The notes under the pieces: model-generated
Seen by the model: only the letters and a program-made list of their open reading frames with translations
Database searches by the model: none
Told to the model about the DNA's origin: nothing
Source of the DNA: Octopus sinensis
Taxonomy: Eukaryota
Assembly: GCF_006345805.1 (NCBI RefSeq)
Contig: NC_043019.1
Location: forward strand, 31,929,360-31,993,359
DNA length: 64,000 nucleotides
Direction: 5' to 3'
Program-made: the position numbers and the translations under genes
In this document: positions 36,152 through 48,574 of the stretch, piece after piece
How positions within the stretch are numbered: position 1 is the first letter of the stretch
How the letters are laid out: every line of letters begins with the position of its first letter

Positions 36152-37531
36152 CAGGGTGTCCCTAAAGTCACTGGGATGAAAAGCATAGCCAGCCATGGTG
36201 GAGTTTGAACTCTGAACGTAAGGATGGACAGATGAAATCCTGTTAAGCATTTCTCCTAGTGTGCTAATGATTCTGCCAGCTTGCCACCTTAAGTAATAAT
36301 AATAATAATAATAATAATAATAGGTGCAGGAGTGGCTGTGTGGTAAGTAGCTTGCTAACCAACCACATGGTTCTGGGTTCAGTCCCGCTGCGTGGCATCT
36401 TGGGCAAGTGTCTTCTGCTATAGCCTCGACCAAAGCCTTGTGAGTGGATTTGGTAGACGGAAACTGAAAGAAGCCCGTCATATATATGTATATTATGTAT
36501 ATATATGTATGTGTGTTTGTGTGTCTGTGTTTGTCTCCCTGGTGTGTTTACGTCCCCGTCACTTAGCGGTTCGGCAAAAGAGACCGATAGAATAAGTACT
36601 GGCTTACAAAGAATAAGTCCCGGGGTCGATTTGCTCGATTAAAGGCGGTGCTCCAGCATGGCTGCAGTAAAAATGACTGAAACAAGTAAAAGAGTATAAT
36701 AATAATTCTTAATAACTTCCTTAATTTTACAAATAAAAGCATGAAATTTTGATACAATATAAAGGACATAATGGAAATTAATATACACCAGTCATCACTA
36801 CAACACATGTAAAAACTGGCTTTGCACGCTCATGTTCTTTCCAAACTTGCACCATAAAACCCTCAAGAGTTTCAGACTCCACTTCTCTGATTTCTCTATT
36901 GATTTTCTCCTTTAGTTGCACCAGGGTTTCCGGTTTGTTGACGTAAACCCTCTCTTTCAGATATCCCCACAAGAAAAAATCTGGGCTAGTCAAGTCTGGG
37001 GAATGTGAATGCCATTCAAAGTAGACCTCACACATGGTTCCAGCAAGATGGGGCAACTGCTCATACCAAATGGGAAACAATGCAGTTGGTACGGCAGTGC
37101 TTTGGAGAGAGAATAATCTCCTCTTATGGCAATGTCAGCTGGCCTTCAAGTTCCCAAGACTTGACTAACCTGGATTTTTTTTTCTTTTTTTTGTGGGGAT
37201 ACCTGAAACAGAAGGTTTACGTCAACAAACTGGAGACCCTGGTGTAACTGAAGGAAGAACATCAGTAGAGAAATCAGAGAAGTGGGGTCTGAAACTCTTG
37301 AGAATGTTATGGTGCAAGTTTTGGAAAGAGCACTGGTGTGTGAAGCCGAAAATGGCTGCCATTTAAGCAATGTCCTTTTTCATATGTGATGTAGTGGTGT
37401 TGCAAAATTTGACTTGTGCGTATTAATTTCCATCATGTCCTTTATATTGTATCAAAATTTCATGCATTTATTTGTAAAGTTAAGGAGGTTATTAAGAATT
37501 GAAACCCATCAGTGACTTTAGGGACACCCTG
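36152..37531. mobile_element. Tc1/mariner-superfamily foldback element: two transposase 3' halves head-to-head, with SINE insertions
   Basis: TA-CAGGGTGTCCCTAAAGTCACTG...CAGTGACTTTAGGGACACCCTG-TA; plus strand reads WFQQDGATAHT...FLWGYLKQKVYVNK, minus strand reads SPDLTSPDFFLWGYLKERVYVNKPETL. Confidence 0.85.
36322..36695 (+). mobile_element. SINE-A inserted in the left arm of the foldback element
   Basis: Full-length consensus-like copy preceded by (AAT)n. Confidence 0.9.
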
Positions 37532-38620
37532 TATTATAACAATGGTATAATAATATTTAGAATTAATAATTATACTTACTATGTGCGTGCATGCACAGAC
37601 ATTGCTAATTGTCAAGGAATTCACTCCACAATCGCACATTGTTCTGCATTTAGTTCTGCCCTAAAGCACACTCTGGGCTGGTGTCTTCTACTGCAGCCTC
37701 AAGAGGGGTTTAGCCGTCAGAATCTGGACGGAAGCCTATCGAATGACTCTCTGTGTGTGCATGCATGCATGTGTGTATGCGTGCATGTGTGTGTGTGTCG
37801 AGTTGCATCCCTTTATGTCCAAAATGATTCAGCAGAGATCAATAAAATAAAGCTACCTGAACTGCAATAAATTCTGACTTCAATTCGATTGGCTAAAACT
37901 GGTGCATTACGTGGACCAGCATTGACCACTGTCTAGCAAATGAAACCAGAAGAGAATAAAGAAAAACAAAAACAGATATTTGAGGTATAATTTTCTTTTT
38001 ATTCTCCTGGGCTCCATAAAATAAATACCGACAACATCGTCCTGCTTCCTCTCACGTTCCAACTCATTTCCTCGGCTGTAAACTTCTTCCTTTGTGGTAC
38101 ACGTTTCAGCGTTGTAAGCTACAACAGCTCTATTAATGTGAATAAGGGGCTTGTTTTTATTGCCCATGTGATTAAAAAGCTGGCTTTGTGACCATTTGGT
38201 TACAGGTTCAATCTCATTGCACTGCACCTTGGGGAAAATGTCCTTTACTTTTACCCCCAGGCTGGCCAGAGCTTTGCGAGTGAATTTGGTGGACGGAAAC
38301 TGTATGGAAGCCTGTGTGTGTGTGTGTTTTATTCTTGAAGGGTTTATAGTCAATCAAATCGCCCCCCCAGGGCTTATTCTTCGTAAGCCTAATATTTATT
38401 CTGTCAGTCACTTTTTCAGAACTACTAAGTTATGGGGATGTAAACAAACCAATACTAGTTGTCAAGCAGTAATGGGGGGGGGGGAGACAAACACACATAT
38501 ATGAAAAAATATTGAGAAAAGTTCACTTTAATACCTTTAATTTGAATGTCTCATTCCTGTGGACTCGGGATTAATCTTCCCTAATAATTTAGAGAGACTT
38601 AGTAATTTTAATATTTCTAT

Positions 38621-38651
<31 letters not shown>

Positions 38652-39024
38652 GTATGTGTGTTTTTGTGCCTGTGTTTGTTTCTTCATCACCACTTTTCAA
38701 CTGGTGTTGGTGTATTTACGCCCCTGGAACTTAGCAGTTTGGCAAAAGAGACCGATAAAATAAATACTAGGCTTTAAAAACAAAAGTCCTGGGGCCCATT
38801 TGTTTGGCTAAAAATCCCCTCAAGGTGATGCTCTAGCATGGCCGCGGTCAAATGACGGAAACAAGTTGAAGAGTAGAATATATATATATATATATGTAAG
38901 ACTTCTGTATGTATATATGTATACGTATGTACTTATGTATGTTTATATGTATATCTGTGTATATATGCATGTAAAAATATGTATATATATATGTGTGTGT
39001 GTGTGTATATATACATATAAACCC

Positions 39025-39352
39025 CCGCTTCTGTCGTGAATGACCATGGGATTGCACCTAGAAAGTTCCCCTTCAAAGCATACAGTCCGGGCAAAGTTGT
39101 TTATGGAAGACCGGCAGTCGCCCATGCATACCGGCCTCCCCTCTCTCTCCACACCACCAATGTTATCCAAGAGAAAGGCAAAGAGGCCGATACAGCTTGG
39201 CACCAGTGATGTCACAGCTCATTTCTACAGCTGAGTGAACTCAAACAACATGAAACAAGTATCTCGCTCAAGAACACAACACCGGCCTGGTCTAGGAATC
39301 GAACTCACTACCTTGGGATTGTGAGCCCAACACCCTAACTACTGAGCAATGT
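39025..39352 (-). mobile_element. SINE-D (tRNA-like head, CORE-like box)
   Basis: Reverse complement begins ggcacattgctcagtagttagggtg; matches the copies at 51982, 59246 and 62322. Confidence 0.85.
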
Positions 39353-39374
39353 GCCTTTATATATATATATATAT

Positions 39375-39760
39375 ATTAGCTCCTGCACACATTTTTTTTC
39401 TCTCCTTGTTTCTCTCCGTGTTTCTTTTCTGTGTATCTTTCTGTCAAAGAGCGTATGCTTGAAACGTAAAAGACTTGTTTTATTTGTATTCTTGAGCGCC
39501 ATACCAATACAATTGTTTGTTTGTACTCCACCTGCCTTCGTCTTTTGTTTATTTTCGTAAAGCTTCCTGTTATATATATATGTGTGTTGATAAAAATGGT
39601 AAGACAACAAAAGAATGAAAGAGACCTCAATATTATGTAAATAGAGGAATTTATCAGTCATTTTTCATAGTATTTTTCCGATGGCCGGATAACTGAAGAG
39701 ATGGTGGCATGGATTTCCACCTCGGCATCCAAAACTCGGAGTTTTATCATGGCTACTGAA
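39375..39760 (+). mobile_element. PLE-like fragments with two degenerate hammerhead motifs
   Basis: ctgtcaa-a-gagc(gtat)gctt-gaaacgta at about 39445; ctgaaga-gatg...catc-c-aaaa-ctcggagt at 39693-39743. Confidence 0.5.
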
Positions 39761-39806
39761 TAATTGTCACATATTACATTTACACGTATATACATATGTA
39801 TATATG

Positions 39807-39888
39807 TATAAATATATGAAAGAATGGAGTTGAACGACGAATTAACAAAATTCCTTTATTTTCGACTCCATTCTTTCATATATTTATA
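39807..39888. repeat. 28 bp inverted repeat hairpin
   Basis: tataaatatatgaaagaatggagttgaa versus ttcgactccattctttcatatatttata (one mismatch). Confidence 0.9.
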
Positions 39889-40232
39889 TTAAAAAAACAT
39901 ACAAATTTCCACACGAAAGCACGTAACTTCAAACGTGTCTTCTCTGATGTGAATTTGCTACCCAGGTATCGGTTAACCGAATTATCCATAACAAGATAAT
40001 TCATTCAACTACTCAAATATATATATATATTTATTATACTTACTCTCTTAACTAATCAAGTGCTATTCTATTTGTTGAAGAAGCCTTACTGCATAATTAT
40101 AAATATATGTGTGTGTGTATGTATGTATATATATATATGTATATATGAGGGAGGATATACACTAATACATATTATACAGGGTGGGTACATATATGTGCAT
40201 TTTTACAAGTCATGCACATAGTTTATTATTTG

Positions 40233-40272
<40 letters not shown>

Positions 40273-40849
40273 ATATATATATGTATACACACAATTGGAA
40301 CTTTAAACCACCTTAAAATCCCTCGCCCAGTTACGCCTATTCCATCACCAAATAAGCAAATACAGCTAATAAAGGGCTTATGCCCACTTCCCTGTCCCCT
40401 CACACCTCTCCCTTCCAAACTAGGGACTCCCACCTTCCACACACACTCTCACACACACACACACACACACACAACACAGCTAAATCAAAAGCAATACGCC
40501 TAGTTTTGATTTTTGATTTTTCAAAAATTTCGTTTCAAATTCTATTTTTTTTGTTTTTTTTTTCCTGTTTTTTTTTTGTTTGTTTTTTTCTTCTTTTTAA
40601 TTCTTGTTAGTTTGGCGATTATATACGAAGAGCGAATTCTTTGAAAGCAAGCTCCCAGAAGACATGAATAGAGGGAATAACTCACCCACACAAACCAGCA
40701 CCACCACCACCACCACCTCTCATCCACTCATCTATCCTTCTCTCTCTCTGTCTCTCTCCTTCTCTTCTTTGCACCACCACACTCACTAAATCACAGAGAG
40801 AGACGGGAGAGTGGGGTGGATTTTGGCCTGTTTCAAAACACCCAGACTT

Positions 40850-40886
<37 letters not shown>

Positions 40887-40988
40887 TGTGCGCTGACAGG
40901 CAAAATCCCTTCTCTGAGATTTTCCCATCGCTGAAATTATTTTCTTGCTTTCTACTTGCTCCAATTTTTCTCACCATTTTAAAAATCA

Positions 40989-41019
<31 letters not shown>

Positions 41020-41316
41020 GTAGAAAAAAAAACAAGGATCTCCCACCCCTAAACTAACTAATGAGAACATCATGTTAGCTATGTTGTTTGGTCACACACC
41101 CAACACCCAAGAACCAATAGCTGAAAAGAAGACGTTTAGAGTCCCCAAATGACATTCTTCACTTGCGTGTATTTGTTTTGCTTTTTTTATTCATTTATGT
41201 ATTTATTTAATTAATTTTTTAAAAATTTTGTTTGATGTTTTTTTTTATTATTATTATTATGTATTGTGTTTTGTTTAAAGTTAGATTTTGAATTAAATTT
41301 TCTCCCCCATTTTCTT

Positions 41317-41344
<28 letters not shown>

Positions 41345-41351
<7 letters not shown>

Positions 41352-42120
41352 CAGAAAATTGCACTACTGGGCACTGCACATATCCTATGCAAAACACTTT
41401 CAATACAGTAACCATCAGAGCATCACAAGAAGCCACAGCACATACCCAAGGCACACAAAGCTGTGCTCGGTAGTGAAGTGAAAGCACGCTATAAAAATAA
41501 AACTACTGAATAATAATAATAATAAGAAGAAGAATGTGGAATCTAAAAACAGAAACAATTCCTATCATAGTAGGTGCATTAGGCATGATAAAAAAAAATA
41601 TTCAGACAAATACATAACAAAAACACCAGGACTTACAAACACATATAACATACAGAAAATTGCACTACTAGGCACTGCACACATCCTACGCAGAACACTT
41701 TCCATACAATAACCATCAGAGCATCACAACAAATCACAGCACATACCTAAGGCACACAGAGCTGCGCTCGGTAGTGAAGTGAAAGCGCGCTATAAAAATA
41801 AAACTACTGAATAATAATAATAAGAAGAAGAAGAATGTGGAATCTAAAAACAGAAACAATTCCTATCATAGTAGGTGCATTAGGCATGATAAAAAAAAAT
41901 ATTCAGACAAATACATAACAAAAACACCAGGACTTACAAACACATATAACATACAGAAAATTGCACTACTAGGCACTGCACACATCCTACGCAGAACACT
42001 TTCCATACAATAACCATCAGAGCATCACAACAAATCACAGCACATACCTAAGGCACACAGAGCTGCGCTCGGTAGTGAAGTGAAAGCGCGCTATAAAAAT
42101 AAAACTACTGAATAATAATA
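41345..42120 (+). mobile_element. Three tandem 3' ends of an R4/Dong-type (RLE) LINE in a (TAA)n array
   Basis: MWNLKTETIPIIVGALGMIKK(frameshift)...YNIQKIALLGTAHILRRTLSIQ* from ATG 41534 and 41835 (301 bp period); shorter diverged copy at 41349-41515; each ends in (AAT)n. Confidence 0.8.
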
Positions 42121-42123
42121 ATA

Positions 42124-42330
42124 TGCCCTAATGCAGTACCAGGCAGTGGCTCTCGTGGCTTCTGATCTTAACTGATTGGAAGTGTTATCATGTACATAGT
42201 TTTGTCTTGGTATAAAACATGGGCTATAGCAAATATTCTGCTTAATACCACAGATTTGCTTGTCAGTTGTTTGACCGTAACCAGTTGAGCATGTCCCTTA
42301 GTGGCGGACGATATGTGCATCTCTGATCAC
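42124..42330 (+). mobile_element. Second (TAA)n-associated retroposon fragment
   Basis: Same family as 27441-27867; starts immediately after an AAT repeat. Confidence 0.65.
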
Positions 42331-42783
42331 AAGCAGTATTTCAGATAGTTTCCACAATTATGAATTCCATTTTGAACATATACAATAAAATCACTCATGT
42401 TCACTTTTTATTTTTTTTTTTTTTTTTTTGGTGGGAGCTATTTTAATTTGGCAGTTTGAAATATGCAAAATTGTTTATATAAAATGTATAGACCAAAATC
42501 TGTACTTCAAAATGACATCTTTATTTGAACAGAGTTGTAGTTTATTCCAAAATAACAATTTTTTCAAATGAATACTAGGGTTACTTTTGCACCTGTCTAT
42601 TTTTATTTTACAAATTCATAATGATGTTCTTATGATGGTTTCAATGCAGGTAAATATTTAGTGTTTCATTGAGTCAGTGAAATTAAAGAATATAAAGAAA
42701 TTTTCAAGTCTAAGGTGACAGGCAACAAAGCCACTATTAAAATATTCTACTCAGCTATTCCAAATTTTTACATTATTTACATT

Positions 42784-43055
42784 AACGATATTTGTCCTCA
42801 TCTTGTTTGTTGTTAACACAAAGTTTTGGCTGATATACCCCCAGCCTTCATCAGATGTCTTGGGGAAATTTCGAAACTGGGTTCTCATTCCTAAGGTATT
42901 TTTCTATGTTATTATTATTGTTCAGGTCACTGCTTGGAATTGAACTTGGAATCTTGGGATTAGTAGCCCATACTCTTAACCACTACGCCATATGCGTAAG
43001 ATGAGGACAAATATCCGTTGAATGTAAATAATTTATATAATTCCTCATTTCTTTA
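42784..43055 (-). mobile_element. tRNA-headed element with a PLE-type hammerhead motif and an inverted terminal duplication
   Basis: Minus strand: ggcgtagtggttaagag...gttcaattcc head, then gacat-ctgatga-a-ggctg(ggggtatat)cagcc-aaaa-cttt-gtgtt; aagatgaggacaaatatc is present inverted on both sides. Confidence 0.65.
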
Positions 43056-44065
43056 ATATAGAACTATTCCAAATTTTGTTTAGAACATTGCCTTCTCCAT
43101 CTTTAATCTAAACAAACATCTGACACTCTAGTTTAATGAACAATAGGACTGTCCCAACCATAATGCATGCCACATGGACTTATAATACTTAACCAAGAAC
43201 ATTGTCTGCCAATGTACAATGTGAACAAACCATACATTGAAAGCCTACTATAGAATGACATCAAATATATTTAAACATAGATTCTACTCCCATATTCAAA
43301 CCTCCAGAAACTCTAACAAATCTCACCTGAATTAAACATGTATGTATGTCAGGGAACTAGAAAATAATAAACCTCCACTTATCTAGCTAAACTCGAAAAT
43401 GCTGAAAAGTGCACAACTATATCATGGTAACAAGAAACCAAGCAACCTCTGTACCACATAAAGCATGGAAATAATCTTTGCGTGATTATTCTTTCCTTCC
43501 GAATGAAGACTCTTAAATGCTTTTTATCATATACACATAGAATTCTAAGACCTATAAATATTTCAGACTTTTAGATTATCTACAGCTAGACTAAAAACTC
43601 CTCTTTTCTCGATATCAGTTTTTGATGGACTTTGAAGTTACTGTCTTCCTTGCCAAGTTACCTGCAATGCATTTTTTATGTTCCCTGCAGGTGGATGGCC
43701 CTTATCACCGATCGGTTTACAGCATCTATAGGGTGCATTTTATCGCATCTCTGTCACTAGAGAAGCTCTTTTGTGTCATGACAAAAATGTCTGCTCTCCT
43801 GTGTATCAGTTCTTATTTGGAGTTACTGCCCTTTTTGTAGATTGCTAACTTACCATGTGATTTTTTTTTTGAGCCCACATCTCTGAATATTCCATTTTTG
43901 GCATGGTTTCTATAACTGGATGCCCTCCCTATCACCAACCTTTTTATAGTACGCGATTGGTTTATTTTATCCTTTCTTGTATATGATTTGTGTGTATCCA
44001 TCCATTCATGTCATGTGCATGTGTGGTGTGTGTGTATATATATATAGAGAGAGATAGATAGATAG

Positions 44066-44292
44066 AAGGCGGCAAGCTGGCAGAAACGATAGCGCACCGG
44101 GCGAAATGCTTAGCGGTATTTCATCTGCCACTACGTTCTAAGTTCAAATTCCGCCGAGGCCGACTTTGCCTTTCATCCTTTCGGGGTCGATAAATAAAGT
44201 ACCAGTTTCGCACTGGGGTTGATATAATCGACTTAATCCCTTTGTCTGTCCTTGTTTATCCCCTCTATGTTTAGCCCTTGTGGGTAGTAATG
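44066..44292 (+). mobile_element. SINE-B monomer
   Basis: Head aaggcggcaagctggcagaaacg to tail gtagtaatgaaata. Confidence 0.9.
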
Positions 44293-44373
<81 letters not shown>

Positions 44374-44535
44374 TACATATGCACACACATTAAAGAGTCT
44401 GTATGTAACATTAAGCCTAAGAGTTGGTCCTGCACAGATGGTGTGAGTGTGTGTGTGTTGTGCTTATATATATATATCCAGCCTCATGCATACATATATA
44501 TATACACATTTCACACTTTCATAGTTGTGTATCTA

Positions 44536-44589
<54 letters not shown>

Positions 44590-44592
<3 letters not shown>

Positions 44593-44850
44593 GGTAAAAC
44601 AGTAAAAATAAAAATAATTACAGACATGGACAAGAACATGAAACACCACAGAGAGAGACGACACAAGAACCACAGGAAGGGACATTCGAAGCCCTCAGTC
44701 ATCAGTCAAGAACCAGATCATCTTAGCAATTTCGGCTGATTAATCTTGAGATTGCTCCGATATGGGCAGCCCGCCAAGGGAAATCTAAGCCAATCGCATT
44801 AGATCCCCTGGAAGAAAGCTTCGAATGTATACAACGCGAGGACGGAAAAC
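44590..44850 (-). mobile_element. PLE-like fragment with a degenerate hammerhead, flanked by ~90 bp direct repeats
   Basis: Minus strand ctgatga-ctgagggcttc-gaat-gtc at 44681-44705; flanks cactttcatagttgtgtatctatgtgtg at about 44513 and 44873. Confidence 0.45.
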
Positions 44851-44908
44851 GACATACATACATACACATTCTCACTTTCATAGTTGTGTATCTATGTGTG
44901 TGTGTGTG

Positions 44909-44942
<34 letters not shown>

Positions 44943-45399
44943 TTATATATATACATACACATTCTCACTTGCACACATTTAGAAGACGAATACATTTATC
45001 ATATATAGACACATTTTCCTTGTTATATATACATGTATCCTCTTATGAAAATATGCCCTGATAGACTGACATAAACACCCATCTTCATTAATACATACAC
45101 ACCTCAATTTACACACACACACACACACACACATGCATTCATACAAAGTGTGTACCAAAAGCCCCCCTGGTGTTTCTGATGCTGATGCTGTTGGTTTTCG
45201 CTTGAGAAAAAAAAGGCGAAAGAATTCTCTGTGCAAAATGTGTGCGTGAGGGTGTGAAGACATTTAAGTTAGCATGACTGGTATGTCGTCAAAGAGCTGC
45301 TAACATTGAAGCAGCAGAATGGATAATAGCACCAGCAGTTGCTTGTCGTTGTTTTGTTTTTGTTTTTTTGGTGCGGGGGGGGGGTGCTGGTTGGCCGGT

Positions 45400-46360
45400 A
45401 GGTTGGTTTGTTGGTTGGTAGGTTGGGTGGTTAGTTTGGGTGGGTGGCTGAATGGTTGAATGAATGGCTAAATGAACAACTTGATGGATGGATGGATGGA
45501 TGGATGGTTAGTTAGCTAGCTAGCTGGGTGGATGGTTAGTTGGCTGGCTGGTTGGATGGATGGTTTGTTAGCTAACTGGCTAGCTGGGTGGATGGATGTT
45601 TAAATGAACTGCTTGATGGGTGGATGGTTAGTTGGCTAGCTGGGTGGATGGTTAGTTGGCTGGCTGGCTGGCTGGTTGGATGGATGGTTTGTTAGCTAAC
45701 TGGCTAGCTGGGTAGATGGATGTTTAAATGAACAGCTTGATGGGTGGATGGTTAGTTGGCTAGCTGGGTGGTTTGTTAGCTAACTGGCTAGCTGGGTGGA
45801 TGTACAGTTAGATAGCTCACTGGCTAGCTGGGTGGGTGGATGGATGTTTAAATGAACAGCTTGATGGGTGGATAGTTAGTTGGCTAGCTGGGTGGATAGT
45901 TAGTTAGTTGGCTGGCTGGCTGGCTTAGTGGATGGATGGTTTGTTAGCTAATTGGCTAGCTGGGTGGATGTACAGTTAGATAGCTGACTGGCTGGGTGGA
46001 TGGATGGCTAAATGAACAACTTGATGGATGGGTGGATGGTTAGTTGGCTGACTGACTGGCTGGCTGGCTTAGTGGATGGATGGTTTGTTAGCTAACTGGG
46101 TAGCTGGATGGATGGTTAAATAGCTGACTGGCTAGCTGGGTGGATGTATGGTTTGTTAGCTGGCTGGGTGGTGGTTAGTTGTCTGGCTGGGTGGATAAAT
46201 GGATGGTTAATTGGCTGGCTGACTAGGTGGTTAGTTAACTGGCTAGTTTGGTAGGTGGTTAGTTGTCTGGTTTGCTAGTTGACTGGCTGGGTGGAGAGAT
46301 GATGGATGGTTAGTTACCTGGTTGGGTGGATTGATGGTTAGTTCGATGGATGGGTGTCTT
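45400..46360. repeat. Strand-asymmetric GGAT/GGCT/GTTA tetranucleotide-derived satellite
   Basis: Recurrent gctagctgggtggatggttagttgg and aaatgaacagcttgatggg blocks. Confidence 0.9.
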
Positions 46361-46439
46361 GCTGATTGGTTTCATTTTTGTTGTTGTTGTTGTTACCTGT
46401 TCAAATGTTCTCTTACTTCCACAACTCTTACCAATGCAA

Positions 46440-47070
46440 CTACCACCACCACCACCATCATTCTACAAAAACCATCACGAAAACTTTCCATACCACCGTC
46501 GTCCCCGCCTTCTCATCATCATTACAACATCACCATATCTGCCACTCCCCTCCCCCCAGCCACCCGCATCATCATCATCGTCAGCTTACCATCGACTCCG
46601 CCCTCAACCACTTTCCCTATCAACAAATACTACGTCATCACCACCACCGCCGCCGCTGCCACCACCACCACCGCCACCGTCATCACCATGACGTCTACCA
46701 CCAACGTCACCGTTACCTTGACGTCACCATCGCCACCATCACCACCATCTTCATCACCTCCGCCATCACCATCATCACCTCTGTCAACATCACCCACCAT
46801 CACCACCACTGCTACCATCATCATTACCTTCGCCACCACCAACACCACCACCGTCATCAACGTTACTTCTACCACCGTCATCACCAACACCATCACCATG
46901 ACGTCTACCACCGTCATCACCAACACCATCACCTTGACGTCACCACCGCCACCATCACCACCATCTTCACCTCCGCCATCACCATCATCATCTCTGTCAT
47001 CATCATCACCCACCATCACCACCACCACCTCCAGCATCATCACCATCACCTCCTCCATTGATTGCTCCTT
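46440..47070. repeat. (CAC/CAT/CGT)n low-complexity tract
   Basis: Source of the Thr/Ser/Pro- and His-rich ORFs. Confidence 0.9.
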
Positions 47071-47615
47071 CTGCATTACATTCCACAAATGGAACAACCC
47101 CCCCCCCCCCCGCACGAGACTGAAAAAAAGGGGGTGGAGGAGAGGGCAAAGGAAAGAAAGAAGGCCTCTTTCCCCCCCCTTTTCCCTTCTCCTTTCGGCT
47201 CCCTAAAATAACAGCGGTGTTTAAGGAGTAGGCGAACACAAATTTATTTTTACCTTAAATACAGAAGAGACCCAACTGACAGACGTATATATATATATAT
47301 ATATTTATAAGATGGGTAGATAAAGAGGCGAAGACACGTTGGATGACATAGGCAGGTAAGGTGGATAGACAGGTAGATTGAGAAAGAGAGAATGAGAGAG
47401 AGAGAGAGGAGGTGGGAATTGGTAGATAGTGACAGAGGTACGTAGATGTTTAGAGGCGGCAAGAGACTTGTGATCTTCGCTCGTATATATATATAATAGT
47501 TGAAGAGTACTTTTGTTATTACTGAATAATAAGAAATAAAAAAAATGTCCTGGTAGACTTTTGTGTCTCTCGTGTTTTTAACTACATTTTACATGTACAC
47601 ACAGACAGAAGTGTA

Positions 47616-47663
<48 letters not shown>

Positions 47664-47865
47664 TGAGAGAGAGAGAGAGAGAGATTGTGGTTAGAATGCA
47701 GCTTCGTTGAAAAAATATTCCGTTCTCTCTTCATCTCAAAATTGGGTTAAAAGAAAAGCAAGGCATGAAATATTGCGTTTTCTCCTCAATAAGTTATTTA
47801 CTCTTCATTCTACATCAGTGTTTTGTGTTTCTCAACCATTATTTTATTTACTTATTTATTTATTT

Positions 47866-48245
47866 AGGAGTGGCTGTGTGGTAAGTAGCTTGCTAACCAA
47901 CCACATGGTTCCGGGTTCAGTCCCACTGCATGGCATCTTGGGCAAGTATCTTCTGCTATAGCCTCGGACCGACCAAAGCCTTGTGAGTGGATTTGGTAGA
48001 CGGAAACTAAAAGAAGCCTGTCGTATATATATGTATATATGTATATGTTTGTGTGTCTGTGTTTGTCCCCCTAGCATTGCTTGACAACCGATGCTGGTGT
48101 GTTTACGTCCCCGTCACTTAGCGGTTCGGCAAAAGAAACCGATAGAATAAGTACTGGGCTTACAAAGAATAAGTCCCGGGGTCGATTTGATTCGACTAAA
48201 GGCGGTGCTCCAGCATGGCCGCAGTCAAATGACTGAAACAAGTAA
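47866..48245 (+). mobile_element. SINE-A
   Basis: Near-consensus full-length copy. Confidence 0.9.
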
Positions 48246-48574
48246 AAAAAAAAAAAAAAATTATTTGTCTTTGCTCCCGGGCCCTACACACACACACTTC
48301 TTTCATTCTTGTTTCACTTGGATGGACCCCTCATAAGCCATTTGCTGTTTTTTTTTTTTAAAGTTCCTGCTGTATTTTCGTAATTAAATATTAGGAACTG
48401 AAATCTTAAAACTGTGTGATAATGCATGATTAATTAAAAATAATGTGAATAAGGCACAAGAGTGGCTGTGTGGTAAGTAGCTTGCTTACCAACCACAGGG
48501 TTCCGAGTTCAGTCCCACTGCATGGCACCTTGGGCAAGTGTCTTCTACTACAGCTTCGGGCCGACCGAGGCCTT

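Noticed and set aside
40680-40800. Minus-strand donor G|GTGAGT after a purine-rich segment
   Set aside because: Single motif with no identifiable acceptor or ORF; expected by chance.
43691-43732. Possible short exon (VDGPYHRSVYSIYR) after a strong acceptor
   Set aside because: Weak donor and unrecognisable peptide; needs RNA evidence.
46322-47206. 294 aa mucin-like Thr/Ser/Pro ORF and overlapping His-rich ORF
   Set aside because: Trinucleotide low-complexity tract open in several frames on both strands; no credible start or splice context.
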